DNA of 64,000 bases from an uncultured Chloroflexia bacterium (GTDB taxonomy: Bacteria; Chloroflexota; Limnocylindria; QHBO01), in assembly GCA_963790255.1 (NCBI GenBank), contig CAWBOA010000014.1, forward strand, positions 96,843-160,842, read 5' to 3'. Position 1 is the first letter of the stretch, and the number at the start of each line of letters is the position of its first letter. Made by a program: the position numbers and the translations under genes. Below the pieces are notes generated by a model, which saw nothing but the letters and a program-made list of their open reading frames with translations, ran no database searches and was not told where the DNA came from. Positions 39,247-49,709 of this stretch are shown one piece after another.

Positions 39247-40322
39247 CGACCCCGACGCCCGGGACGGTCTTCGAGGCACTCCTCGGCCCCGGGCGCCGAC
39301 ATCTCATCGTCGTCGTCGACGACGCGCTGCGGATCGTTCGTGCCGGCCAGGCGGCGGCGGAGATCGCCGAGCGCCGGGAGGCCGACATGATCGGGATGAG
39401 CCTCATCGCGGCATTCGGGTCGGCCTCGCTCGACGCCATCGCGCGTCAGGCAGCCGCCTCACCTGGACCCATCAGCGCCGAGGCGTCGCTCGGCCGGCTC
39501 GGTGAGCGTCGGTTCGCGGTCGACGCGATGCCGCTCGAGCGTGGCGGCCTCGTGCTCTCGCTGCACGACGTCACCGAGCTGCGCCGAATCGAGCGGGTCC
39601 GACGCGACTTCGTCGCCAACATCAGCCATGAGCTGCGGACCCCGCTGACCTCGATCAAGCTGCTGGCCGAGACGCTCACGTCGGGCGGCGTCGACGACGC
39701 GGCCACGGCGCGCGACTTCGCGGCCCAGGTGGAGCGGGAGGCCGATCACCTCGCCCAGCTCGTGGACGAGCTCCTCGACCTGTCGATGATCGAGTCGGGC
39801 GAGACCCGCCTGGCGCTGGCGAGCGTCGACCCCGAGGTGGTGGTGGCCGACTGCGTGGCGCGCGTCGGTCCGGTCGCCGAACGGCGCGAGCTGCGTGTCC
39901 GTCGCCTGCCGCCACCGATCGAGGGTGTCCGCGTCAACGCCGACGCGGGGCGGCTCAGCCAGGCACTGCTCAACCTCGCCCACAATGCCGTGAAGTACAG
40001 CCACCTCCGCGGCGAGATCCGCATCGGCTGGGAGCTGGCCGGCGACCGGGTGCGGTTCAGCGTCGCCGACGACGGGATCGGCATCGCCGATCACCATCGC
40101 GAGCGGATCTTCGAGCGCTTTTACAAGGTGGACCGATCCCGCGCGCGCGTCGCCGAGGCAGACCCGCTGGGGGGAAGCTCGGGGCTCGGCCTCTCGATCG
40201 TGCGCCACATCGCCGAGGCGCACGGTGGCGCTGTCGGCGTCAGCTCAGAGGAGGGGGTCGGATCGACCTTCTGGATCGAGGTCCTGCGGGCGACCGACTT
40301 CAGCGATCCGGGAGGGCGCTGA
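39243..40322 (+). CDS. PhoR-like sensor histidine kinase lacking TM helices (PAS-HisKA-HATPase)
   Basis: H-box FVANISHELRTPLTSI; N-box LNLAHNAVKYS; G-boxes DDGIGIADHH...GGSSGLGLSIV. No hydrophobic N-terminal segment. Confidence 0.85.
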   Translation: MTTPTPGTVFEALLGPGRRHLIVVVDDALRIVRAGQAAAEIAERREADMIGMSLIAAFGSASLDAIARQAAASPGPISAEASLGRLGERRFAVDAMPLERGGLVLSLHDVTELRRIERVRRDFVANISHELRTPLTSIKLLAETLTSGGVDDAATARDFAAQVEREADHLAQLVDELLDLSMIESGETRLALASVDPEVVVADCVARVGPVAERRELRVRRLPPPIEGVRVNADAGRLSQALLNLAHNAVKYSHLRGEIRIGWELAGDRVRFSVADDGIGIADHHRERIFERFYKVDRSRARVAEADPLGGSSGLGLSIVRHIAEAHGGAVGVSSEEGVGSTFWIEVLRATDFSDPGGR

Positions 40323-40893
40323 TCATCGCCGCCGCGTCCGCGGTGGTGAAGGCCTGGACCACGATCAGCGCGCCGCCGTGGACGAGGCCATGGAAGATGC
40401 CGAGGCGTGGCATGAGCGCCGCATTCTCCACGATCAGCACGTCGCGGCCGCCGAGCACCTCCGTCCGGGTCGAGCGGCCCTCGCTGGCCTCGTCGCCGTA
40501 GGCGGCGTCCGGAAACAGCTCGAGGAGCTCATCGGCCGGAACGCTTGGCGATCGCACCGCGAAGGCCTGGATGAACCGGGCGCCGTGCTCGCTGGCGTAG
40601 GCGACGTCGAGCTCATCGAGCTCGACGCCGGCGGCATCGGCCAGCCGCGCGAGGACGTCCTGCGCCACGCCGAAGGTGTGCAGCGCCACCCCGTCGAGGG
40701 TGCTCGGCAGCAGCTCCGCGACCGGCGGCGGGTCGGTGGGTGCCGCCGATGGAGGGGCAGAGGGCGTCGCAGTTGCGAGCGCCGTTGGGCTCGAGCCCGC
40801 TGACACTGACGGTGAAGGCGAGGCGCCAGCGGGCTCAGTCGTGCAGCCCACGACTACGAACGCGAGCACCCAAGTGGCGACCGATGTTCTCAT
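40300..40893 (-). CDS. hypothetical lipoprotein
   Basis: MRTSVATWVLAFVVVGCTT lipobox, then a Pro/Ala/Ser linker and a ~130-aa domain. Confidence 0.5.
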   Translation of the reverse strand: MRTSVATWVLAFVVVGCTTEPAGASPSPSVSAGSSPTALATATPSAPPSAAPTDPPPVAELLPSTLDGVALHTFGVAQDVLARLADAAGVELDELDVAYASEHGARFIQAFAVRSPSVPADELLELFPDAAYGDEASEGRSTRTEVLGGRDVLIVENAALMPRLGIFHGLVHGGALIVVQAFTTADAAAMISALPDR

Positions 40894-41014
40894 CAGTGGA
40901 GGTACGTGGGCCGACACGTCACGCCGGTGCTGGACGTGGCCGGTTGGTGGTCTCCAGCGCACGCGTCAGCGAATAGTCGTTATTGATATGCAGCTCCCCA
41001 GTTCGGCGAGACGA

Positions 41015-43087
41015 TCAGCCGGGCGAAGCCGAGCCCATCGTGAGCGTCAGGAAGGCGAGGACGTCGGCACGCTCGTCGATGAGCTTTCCCACCGGCTTCC
41101 CCATGCCATGCCCGGCATCGGTGTCGATGCGGATGAGGATCGGGGCGTCCCCGCCCTGCGCCGCCTGGAGCGTCGCGCCGAACTTGAACGAGTGGCCTGG
41201 AACGACGCGGTCGTCGTGGTCGCCGGTCGTCACCAGGGTCGGCGGGTAGGCGGTTCCTGGCCGGATGTTGTGCAACGGCGAGTACGCCATCAGGGTGCGG
41301 AACTGAGCAGGGTCATCGGCCGAGCCGTAATCGCTCGTCCAGCCCCAGCCGATCGTGAAGCGGTGGAACCGCAGCATGTCCATCACGCCGACCTCGGCCA
41401 CCGCCGCGCCGAACAGCTCGGGATGCTGGGTGATGGAGGCGCCCACCAGGAGCCCGCCATTCGAGCGTCCGCTGATGGCGAGGTGGGCCGTATCGGTCCG
41501 CCCAGACGCGGCCAGCCACCGGGCACAGGCGGCGAAGTCGTCGAAGACATTCTGCTTGTGCTCCAGGCGCCCGGCGTCGTGCCACTCCTTGCCGTATTCG
41601 TTGCCGCCGCGCAGCGAGCCGACCGCCAGCAGGCCGCCGCGCTCCATCCACGCCAGCCACTCGGCCTTGAACATCGGGCCGATGGCGACCTGGAAGCCGC
41701 CGTACCCGTACAGCAGCGTCGGCGTGGCGCCGACGGGTGGCGCCGGGTCGCGGCGATGGGTGAGGAACAGCGGCACGCGCGTGCCGTCATCGGACGTGAC
41801 GAAGACCTGCTCGGTGACGAACGCTGCAGGGTCCCACGCGAGGTTCGTCCTGCCGTGCGCGGTAACGGTGCCATCCGCAACGCGCACCGCCATGACCGAT
41901 GCGGGCGCGGCGAACGTCTCGAATGTGAAGAACAGGTCCCGATCGTCCCGGCGACCCTGAAGGTCGGCGACCGTGCCGATGCCCGGCAGCTCCGGGTCGG
42001 AGGCCGGGGTGCCGTCGAGCTCGAAGAGGCGAAGCCGATGGCGGGCGTCGTGGAGGTAGACGGCCACAAGTCGTCCGTCGACGAGCTTCACCGCCTCGAG
42101 CGCATCGTCGGCCTCGGAAACGAGCTCCCGAAGCTCGCCGCCCCGGGCGTCGAGGGCCACGACCCGCCCGCGCGGGGCGTCGCGGTCGGTCTGGAGGTAC
42201 AGCGTCCCGTCGACGGCAGCGATCGGCAGGTAGCTCGCATCCGCCTCGTCGAGCAGGGGACGGACCTCGACGTCCTCGATGCCGGCGGCCAGGTCGGCGA
42301 CATACACCCGGTTCTCCGGGTCGGTCCCGCGCCAGACGTTGAGGACGAGGAGGCGGCCTTCGTCCATGACCTCCGGCTCGAAGCCCCAGTCGGGATGGTC
42401 GGGCGTCGCGAAGACGACACGATCCTCGTCCGGATCGTCGCCGAGCCGATGGAACCGGAGCTCCATCTTGACGGTTCGGCGCGTCGAACGTCGCGTCGGC
42501 CGGCGGCTCCGGGTAGCGGCCGTAGAAGAAGCCGGATCCGTCGTGACGCCAGGCTGCGGACGCGAACTTCGACCACTCGAGCCGGTCGGGCAGGTCCTCG
42601 CCGCTGTTCACGTCACGGACGCGCCAGGTCCGCCAGTCGGATCCTGCCTCGCTCATCGCGTACGCGACCAGCCCTCCGTCCTCCGAGATCGCAATGGCGG
42701 CGAGGGCCGTCGTGCCGCCCGCACCAACCGCATTCGGGTCGATCAGGATCCGGCCCTCGTCGTCCGGCCCGTCGGCGACCCACAGGACGTCCTGGTCCTG
42801 CAGCCCGGTGTTGCGGTGCTGGAACCAGCGGTCGCCGTGCCTGCTCGGTGAGCCGGCACGCGGGTAATCCCACAGCTGCTCGAGCCGCTCGCGGATCGCG
42901 AGGCGGTCGGGCACCTCACCCAGGACGCGCTCGGTGAGCTCGTTCTGGGCGTCGATCCAGCACGCGAGTCAGGGGCGTCAGAGTCCTCGAGCGGCCGATA
43001 CGGATCGGCGACGAGCGTGCCGTGGTGGTCGTCGACCTGGTCTGAGCTTGGAGCCGGCGGGTAGCTGATCGAAGGCATCCTGAGCAT
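41015..43087 (-). CDS. prolyl oligopeptidase (S9A) family serine peptidase; two frameshifts (~42490 and ~42962)
   Basis: N-terminus DPYRPLEDSDAPDSRA; beta-propeller; MELRFHRLGDDPDEDRVVF; catalytic GRSNGGLL, D...H. Three frames are needed to join the pieces. Confidence 0.8.
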
Positions 43088-43096
43088 GCTAGCCGT

Positions 43097-43420
43097 CTAG
43101 GGCGACAGGTCGAGGTAGACGTCGTCGGGCACGCAAAACGCCCACTCCTCGCCGGGTTCCTGCGAGCGGAAGATCGGGTGGCCGCTCTCCCCCACGTGCG
43201 CCGACGCGTGGCGGTTCGGCGAGTCGTCGCAGCATCCGGTCCTGCCGCACGTCATGCACGTCCGCAGATGGACCCATTCCGAGCCGATGCGGAGGCATTC
43301 CTCGCATCCGGTCGACGATGGCTCGACGTCGCGGATCAGGTCGAGGTGGGAGCAGGGCGGCGCATCGTTCATCCCGCCCATTGTGCACTCCCCGATGCGT
43401 GCGCCGTTATGATTGACCAT
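43097..43420 (-). CDS. UBP-type zinc-finger protein
   Basis: CSHLD...CEEC...WVHLRTCMTCGRTGCCDDSPNRHASAH...GHP, the Cys/His-rich zf-UBP pattern. Confidence 0.7.
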   Translation of the reverse strand: MVNHNGARIGECTMGGMNDAPPCSHLDLIRDVEPSSTGCEECLRIGSEWVHLRTCMTCGRTGCCDDSPNRHASAHVGESGHPIFRSQEPGEEWAFCVPDDVYLDLSP

Positions 43421-43425
43421 GCAAC

Positions 43426-43873
43426 TATGAAGACGTCCATCTCCCCCGGCGACCCGCGCCTCAGATCGTGGAGCACCTTCCTGCGAGCGCACGCCTACGT
43501 GGTCCGCGAGCTCGAGCGGGAGCTTCAGGCTGAGCAGCAGCTGGCGCTGACCGACTACGACGTGCTCGTCCAGCTCGCGACCGCCGATGAGCGGCGCCTG
43601 CGGATGAGCGAGCTGGCCGACCGGCTCCTCCTGTCGCGCTCCGGGGTCACCCGCCTCGTCGACCGGCTGGTGGCCGACGGCCTCGTCGAGCGGGTGGTGT
43701 GCGACGACGACCGTCGGGGGCAATGGGCCTCGCTGACCACGGCCGGGCGCGAGCGCCTGCGCCGCGCCTCGCCGACGCACCTTCGCGGGGTCGCAGCGCA
43801 CTTCCTGGACCGCCTGAGCCCCGACGAGCTCGCCAGCCTGGAGCGGATGCTCGGCGCGGTCGCCGGCCGCTGA
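43426..43873 (+). CDS. MarR-family transcriptional regulator
   Basis: wHTH LTDYDVLVQLATADERRLRMSELADRLLLSRSGVTRLVDRLVADGLVER. Confidence 0.85.
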
Positions 43874-43874
43874 G

Positions 43875-44720
43875 TCAGCCGCCCTCGCGGAGCCCGCGGA
43901 CCATCGGCGCCCGCGGATCATTCGGCGCGAGCTCGAGGAATCGGTCGAAGGCGGCGTTCGCCCGGGCCCGATCCTCCTCGCCGCGGAGCGCGATCAACCC
44001 GTCGAAGAAGGCGAGCTCGACGGGATCGGCGCCCTCCAGCTCCGCGTAGGCGTCGTGCGCCAGGCGCGCATTGGCGGCATCGCCGGCGCGCAGATAGGCG
44101 GCCATGATCCGCTCGTACGCGTCCGCGCGCCCGGGGTCGAGGGCGATGAGTGCCTGGAGCGCCACGGCCCCCCGTTGGAGGTCCTCGGGGCTCGAGCCGG
44201 CGAGGTAGGCATCGGCCAGTGCGGAGAGGGTCGACGGATCTCGCGGGTCGGCGTCGAGATCCGCCAGGAGGTCCGCGATCTCATCCTGTCGCGCCGTCTC
44301 GGCGGCCTCGGCGGCCGCAAGGGTCTCGTTAATGACGGTCGCGTTCGGCAGCCCGGTCGCCGGCAGCGCGGACCCCACGACGAGCGCGACACCGATGAGC
44401 GCCGCGGCTGCGGCCGCGGCAAACCGACGACGCGGCCGGCCTGTCGTCTCGGGGGGTGGCGATGATGACTCGAGCGCGGTCAGCGTCGCGGCGGCGCGCG
44501 CCTCCGCCTCCGCGCGTTGCGCAACGTACCCGGGCTCGTCGAGCGAGCCGGCCCGGCGGTCGGCCTCGACGTCGCGCAGCGCCTCGAGGGCGACCCGATG
44601 GCGCAGCGCCAGGGCATCGTCGGGCTGCGGGCCGGCGTCCGGAGCATCACGGCGCAGCGGCGCGAGCACGATCAGCCCGGCCGCGACTAGGCCGATGGCG
44701 ACGAGCGCGACCTCAGGCAT
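43875..44720 (-). CDS. ccmI: cytochrome c maturation TPR protein (CcmI/CycH-like)
   Basis: N-terminal TM, then TPR-like Ala-rich repeats. It is the last gene of the ccm operon. Confidence 0.6.
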   Translation of the reverse strand: MPEVALVAIGLVAAGLIVLAPLRRDAPDAGPQPDDALALRHRVALEALRDVEADRRAGSLDEPGYVAQRAEAEARAAATLTALESSSPPPETTGRPRRRFAAAAAAALIGVALVVGSALPATGLPNATVINETLAAAEAAETARQDEIADLLADLDADPRDPSTLSALADAYLAGSSPEDLQRGAVALQALIALDPGRADAYERIMAAYLRAGDAANARLAHDAYAELEGADPVELAFFDGLIALRGEEDRARANAAFDRFLELAPNDPRAPMVRGLREGG

Positions 44721-45174
44721 CGAGCACCTCGACCTCCTCCCGCACTCGCCGGCGGTCCTCTTCCGACGGTGGCTCGGGCAGCGGCTCACCGGCGGGCGCA
44801 CGGCGCGTGAGCCACCAGCCAAGGCCAGCGATGCCGGCCAGGACGACGGCGAAGGGAACCAGCCATGCCAGCGGTGAGGATGGCGCCAGAAGGATCCAGT
44901 CGCCGTAGCGCTCGACGAACCGCGCGCGCACCTCGTCGTCCGACGCACCGGCGGCGATCATCTCGTCCACCTGGCGCCGGATCTCGCGCGCCGCGGCCGT
45001 CGGCGAATCCGCGACGGACAGCCCCTGGCAGTCGGGGCAGCGGAGTTGCTCGGCGATGGCGTCGGCACGTGCAGACGGCGAGGCGCCGTCCACCGGGCGG
45101 AGCGCGAGGACGGCGACGATGGCGACGACCGCAACCGCCAGTCCCAGCGCGACCGCCGGCAGCCAGCTCCTCAT
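44713..45174 (-). CDS. ccmH: cytochrome c-type biogenesis protein CcmH
   Basis: LRCPDCQGLSVADS (the LRCxxCQ motif), then a C-terminal TM helix. Confidence 0.8.
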   Translation of the reverse strand: MRSWLPAVALGLAVAVVAIVAVLALRPVDGASPSARADAIAEQLRCPDCQGLSVADSPTAAAREIRRQVDEMIAAGASDDEVRARFVERYGDWILLAPSSPLAWLVPFAVVLAGIAGLGWWLTRRAPAGEPLPEPPSEEDRRRVREEVEVLDA

Positions 45175-45692
45175 CCGTCGACTCCCGCGGCGGCCAGGTG
45201 CTCGGCCATCGTCGCGTCGGTCAGGGGGCCGAACTGGCGCGCACGCACGATCCCGGCGGCGTCGACGAAGAACGTCTCGGGCGGCCCGGTGACGCCGAAA
45301 TCGATCGCGAGGCCGCCGCTCGGATCGAGCAGGTGCGGGTAGCCGGCGTCGCCGTAGCGAGCGAGGAACGCTTCGGCGTCGCCCTCGACGTCCTGGTAGA
45401 GCACGCCGACGATGGCGACGTCGTCGCGCGCGCCATTCGCCGCCAGGACCGGGTGCTCGTCGACGCAGGCGGGAATGCACCAGCTCGCCCAGAAGTTGAC
45501 GACGTACGGCTGACCGGCGAGGTCGCTGCTCGCGAGCGTCCTCCCGTCGAGGGTCTCGAGCGACCATGCCGGCGCCGGCCGCCCGATGAGCGGCGAGGCG
45601 ATCGCGCGAGGGTCACGGCCGAAGCCGGTGAGGAGGAGCCAGCCGACCGGCACCACCAGGAGCGGAACGATGATCCAGCGCAATGCCTGCAT
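45171..45692 (-). CDS. ccmG: thiol:disulfide interchange protein CcmG/DsbE (thioredoxin fold)
   Basis: From MQALRWIIVPLL: WASWCIPAC (WCxxC) active site; GVxGxPETF motif. Confidence 0.85.
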   Translation of the reverse strand: MQALRWIIVPLLVVPVGWLLLTGFGRDPRAIASPLIGRPAPAWSLETLDGRTLASSDLAGQPYVVNFWASWCIPACVDEHPVLAANGARDDVAIVGVLYQDVEGDAEAFLARYGDAGYPHLLDPSGGLAIDFGVTGPPETFFVDAAGIVRARQFGPLTDATMAEHLAAAGVDG

Positions 45693-47700
45693 CAGGCGCC
45701 CTCGACCGATGCCGCCGCGGGCGTCGCGGCCGGCTCCGGGACCATCACGCGGCGCGGGCGCGGGTCGGGCCAGATGGCGAATGCCGAGCCGATCCCGACG
45801 ATCGCCCCGCCGAGCCAGATCCACGCCACCAGCGGGTTGAGGAAGAGGTGGAGGCTCACGACCCCGGTCGCCTCGTCGGCGGCCAGCAGGGTGATGTAGA
45901 GGTCCTCCCCCAGGGAGGTGCGGACGGCCGGCGTGGCGATCGCGGTCGGCGAGCTGGGATAGTCGCGCAGCGCCGTGTCCAGCGCGCCCGACTGTGGCCC
46001 GGCGTAGCGGAGCTCGGCGCGCGTCTCGATCACGCGAGCGTCGTCCGGCAGGGCCTCGACCACGAGCCGCTCATGCGTGACCTCGTACGCGCCGATGCGG
46101 GCCGTCTCGCCCGGGGCGAGGGTGACCGTGAGGTCGGTGGAGAGGCCCGACGAGACGGCGATGGCGACGGCCATGACGAGGACGCCGAGGTGGACGGCGT
46201 AGCCACCGTACCGTCGCCGGTTGCGGGTCGCGAGGCGCCAGGCGGCGATCGGGGGTCCCTCGCCACGGCCACGGGCCCGCGCTGCGGCGCCGCGAATGAC
46301 CTCATGGACCATGATCGTCGCGGTGAAGGCGGCCAGGACGAGGACCCCGAGGGACCCGCCGGCTCGGAGCCCGAGCACCAGCGCCCCGATCCCGACCGCC
46401 GATGCCGCGAGCAGCGGGACCGTAAAGCGCTCCCGGACGGTCGACCACGACGCGGCGCCCCATGGCAGGGCCGGGCCGATGCCCATGAGGAAGAGGAGCG
46501 CCACGAGGATCGGCACGCCCACGCCGTTGAACCAGGGTGCCCCGACGCTGATCGTCGCCCCATCGGCGGTCGCGACCAGCATCGGCAGCAGGGTCCCGAA
46601 CAGGACCGCGAAGGTGAGGCCGAGGAAGAGCACGTTGTTGAGGAGGAAGGCCGACTCGCGGCTGAGGGTGCCGGACGGGCCACCACCGCCAGCCAGCTGC
46701 GGGAGCCGCCACACGATCAGGCCGGCGCCGGCACCGAACGCGAGGAGGAGCCCGCCAAGGAACCAGGGGCCGATCGCCGACTGGGTGAAGGAGTGGACGC
46801 TGGCGACGACGCCCGACCGGGTCAGGAAGGTGCCGACCAGGGTGAGGACGAAGGTCGCCACGACGAGCGCCACGCTCCAGATGCGGAGTCCCCCGCGGCG
46901 CTCGGCGACCATGGCGGAGTGGACGAAGGCCGTCGCCGTCAGCCACGGCAGGAGCGCCGCGTTCTCGACCGGGTCCCATGCCCAGTAGCCGCCCCACCCC
47001 AGCACCTCGTAGCTCCACCATGCGCCGGCCGTGATGCCGAGGGTCAGGAAGATCCACGGCACGAGTGTCCAGCGCCGCACGATGCGCAGCCACTCCTCGT
47101 CCAGCCGTCCGGTCACGAGGGCCGCGACGCCGAACGCGAAGGGCACCGCCAGCCCGGTATAGCCGATGTAGAGGAGCGGCGGGTGGAGCGCCATGAAGGG
47201 ATGGTTCTGGAGGAGGGCGTTCGGCCCGATCCCCTCGCTCGCCACCGGCGAGGTGCGCAGGAACGGGTTCCCCGGCCAGGTCATGACGGCGAAGAAGAAG
47301 AGGTTGACCGATGCGAGGGCCGCGCCGACCCACGGCATCAGGTGGCGATGACGGTCGCGGTGACGCCAGAGGACGACCGATGCCCATCCCGTCGCCAGCA
47401 GCGTCCAGAACAGGATCGAGCCCTCCAGGGCGGCCCAGAGGCTGATGGCGCTGATGAACGGCGGCGTGGTGGTGGCGTTGTTCTCGGCGACGTAGAGGAC
47501 GCTGAAGTCGTGGGCGAGCAGGGAGACGACCATCGCCACCGAGGCGATGGCTACCGCGACGAAGGAACCGATCACCGCCCGCCGCCCGCTGACGGTCGCG
47601 CGCGAGTCGCCCGAGCGACCGCCGAGCGCGAAGGCGACGATGGCGTACAGCGTCAGGCCGAGGCCGACCACGACGGCCGCGTGCCCGATGGTCGGGATCA
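45692..47700 (-). CDS. ccmF: cytochrome c-type biogenesis protein CcmF (haem lyase)
   Basis: WWSYEVLGWGGYWAWDPVEN WWD domain, conserved His, >12 TM. GTG start proposed 20 nt downstream of the ccmE stop. Confidence 0.85.
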
Positions 47701-47720
47701 CCGCCTTGGGCTCCCGGTCC

Positions 47721-48191
47721 TCATGAGTCGTCCCCAGGATCGAAGACGCGGTTGCTCGGGTCGCCGCCCGGCTCCGGAGCCACGTAGTTCTCATCGTGCT
47801 TGACGATGACCCGGGTCGCCTCGAACACGCCATCCGTACCGAGGACGCCCTCGACGACGGCTCCGCTCCCCTCTCGGAAGGAGCGCGTTGGCGCGACCGT
47901 CGAGTGCACCGGGATCGAGGCGTCGCCATCGACGAGATTGAAGCTGAGGTCGGTCGGCGGCCCGCTGATGCTGCCAGGCTCCACCTGCCCGCCGAGCCGG
48001 ATCGTCACGCCAACGCCCTCGTCGCCGAGGGCCAGGAGCTCGCTCGGGGTCTGGTAGTACACGAGGGCACGGCCGATGCTCGAGAACGCCAGGTAGGCGA
48101 CCACCACGAGGACGACGCCGACCAGCACCAGGATCCCCCAGGGACGCCGCGGCGGCGGCAGGACCGGCTCGACCGGGGCGGCGACCGTCAT
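47721..48191 (-). CDS. ccmE: cytochrome c-type biogenesis protein CcmE (haem chaperone)
   Basis: N-terminal TM anchor plus OB-fold, with VxGxV...HD motif and a flexible C-terminal tail. Confidence 0.85.
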   Translation of the reverse strand: MTVAAPVEPVLPPPRRPWGILVLVGVVLVVVAYLAFSSIGRALVYYQTPSELLALGDEGVGVTIRLGGQVEPGSISGPPTDLSFNLVDGDASIPVHSTVAPTRSFREGSGAVVEGVLGTDGVFEATRVIVKHDENYVAPEPGGDPSNRVFDPGDDS

Positions 48192-48310
48192 CGGCCCTCG
48201 TCGCGGCGGTCGTTCGCGGCGCGCAGCCGGCGCCAGAGGGCCACGGCGTAGAGGGCGAGCCCGCCCACGATGACGGCGTAGGCGGCGATCACGAACCCGA
48301 CGTCGGTCAC
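48188..48310 (-). CDS. ccmD: haem exporter protein D (CcmD), 40 aa
   Basis: VTDVGFVIAAYAVIVGGLALYAVALWRRL single TM. Its GTG start overlaps the ccmC stop. Listed only as the tail of ORF 48188..49060. Confidence 0.6.
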   Translation of the reverse strand: MTDVGFVIAAYAVIVGGLALYAVALWRRLRAANDRRDEGR

Positions 48311-49020
48311 CTCGCCGGCTCCGCCGAGCGGGCGCGCATGATCTGGTCCACCCGCGCCGCCTCCTCGCGCGCGACCTCCGTCCTCGCCAGCTGGTAGCGC
48401 CGGATCATGAGGTAGAGCCAAACCACCGTGTAGGCGGTGACCGTGCCGAGGAGGGTGAGCACGAACGGCAGCGGGGCCGCCGGATTGAGGACGCGGTCCG
48501 GCGAGCCGATCGTCGCCGTCTGATGGAGGCCGCGCCACCACTCGACGCTGAAGTGGACGATCGGGATGTCGACCGCGGCCACGATCCCGACGATCGCGGC
48601 CCGGGTGGCCCGTCGCTCCGGGTCTTCGGTCAGTCGTCGCAGCAGGAGGTAGCCGACGTACAGGGCCAGCAGCAGCGCGGTCGTCGTCAGGCGTGGGTCC
48701 TCCCACTGCCAGAAGACGCCCCATACCGGCGCGCCCCACATCATCCCGCCCCAGATGGCAAAGGCGGTGAAGATGACGCCGATCTCGGCGCCGGCCAGGG
48801 CGACGGCGTCGAATCGAAGGTCGCGCCGCCAGAGCCACAGGATGCCGGCGAGCGCCGTCACGCCGAAGGAGAGATAGGCCAGCCAGGCCGATGCGACGTG
48901 GGGGTACATGATGCGCTGCGCGTCGCCCTGGTTGAGGTCGGCCGGAACGAGGAAGAGGCTGACGGCGGTCATGCCCGCCACCGCGGCCAGGGCAACCATC
49001 CCGAGGATGCGCGTCTTCAT
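48307..49020 (-). CDS. ccmC: haem exporter protein C (CcmC)
   Basis: WGxxMWGxxWxWEDPRL (WWD motif); 6 TM. Confidence 0.85.
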   Translation of the reverse strand: MKTRILGMVALAAVAGMTAVSLFLVPADLNQGDAQRIMYPHVASAWLAYLSFGVTALAGILWLWRRDLRFDAVALAGAEIGVIFTAFAIWGGMMWGAPVWGVFWQWEDPRLTTTALLLALYVGYLLLRRLTEDPERRATRAAIVGIVAAVDIPIVHFSVEWWRGLHQTATIGSPDRVLNPAAPLPFVLTLLGTVTAYTVVWLYLMIRRYQLARTEVAREEAARVDQIMRARSAEPAR

Positions 49021-49709
49021 CCGTCCTCCAGCAGGAAGCCGTACGTCGCCGCGCCGGCAACGAGCATCACGATGTCGAAGGCGACGAGCAGCTGGAGCCA
49101 CGCGCCGAGCTCGCCGAGCGGATCGCCGCCGAGGGCAGCCGCGGTCGCCTTCACCGCGGCCAGGAGCAGCGGCGCCAGCACCGGCAGCATGAGCAGCGGC
49201 AGCATCACCTCACGCGCGCGGAGGCGGACGGTCACCCCGGCGTAGAACGTGCCGACCGCCGCGATCCCGGCCGCACCGAGCACGAGCGTCGCCACGAGCG
49301 GGACGATGGCCGACGCGACGGGGACCGCGAACAGGATGCCGACCGCGCCGAGGACGACCGCGCCGAGGACGAGCATGACCGCGAACCCACCCAGCGCCTT
49401 GCCGGCGTAGATCGCGCGACGGCTGATCGGGAAGAGCGCGAGATGCTCGAGCGCCCCGTCGTCGGTCTCGAGCAGATGGAGCCGACCGACGGCCAGGATC
49501 CCGGCGAAGACGATCGCCAGCCACAGGAGCCCGGGTGCCGCGGCCGCGAGGCGATCGGAGTCAGGCCCGAGCGCGAAGCCGAAGAGCAGGAGCACGACGG
49601 CCGCGAAGAAGAGGGTGCTCACGGCGGCGCTTCGGCCACGCAGCTCGGCGCGCGCGTCCTTCGCGGCGATCGCCATCGCCAGCCTCGCATCGCGGCGCAG
49701 GACGCTCAT
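49017..49709 (-). CDS. ccmB: haem exporter protein B (CcmB)
   Basis: 230 aa, 6 TM. Conserved FxxD...LLxLP pattern. Confidence 0.8.
   Translation of the reverse strand: MSVLRRDARLAMAIAAKDARAELRGRSAAVSTLFFAAVVLLLFGFALGPDSDRLAAAAPGLLWLAIVFAGILAVGRLHLLETDDGALEHLALFPISRRAIYAGKALGGFAVMLVLGAVVLGAVGILFAVPVASAIVPLVATLVLGAAGIAAVGTFYAGVTVRLRAREVMLPLLMLPVLAPLLLAAVKATAAALGGDPLGELGAWLQLLVAFDIVMLVAGAATYGFLLEDG

Noticed and set aside
40676-42937. 753-aa plus-strand ORF
   Set aside because: Antisense to the prolyl oligopeptidase gene.
45683-47803. 706-aa plus-strand ORF
   Set aside because: Antisense to ccmF/ccmG.
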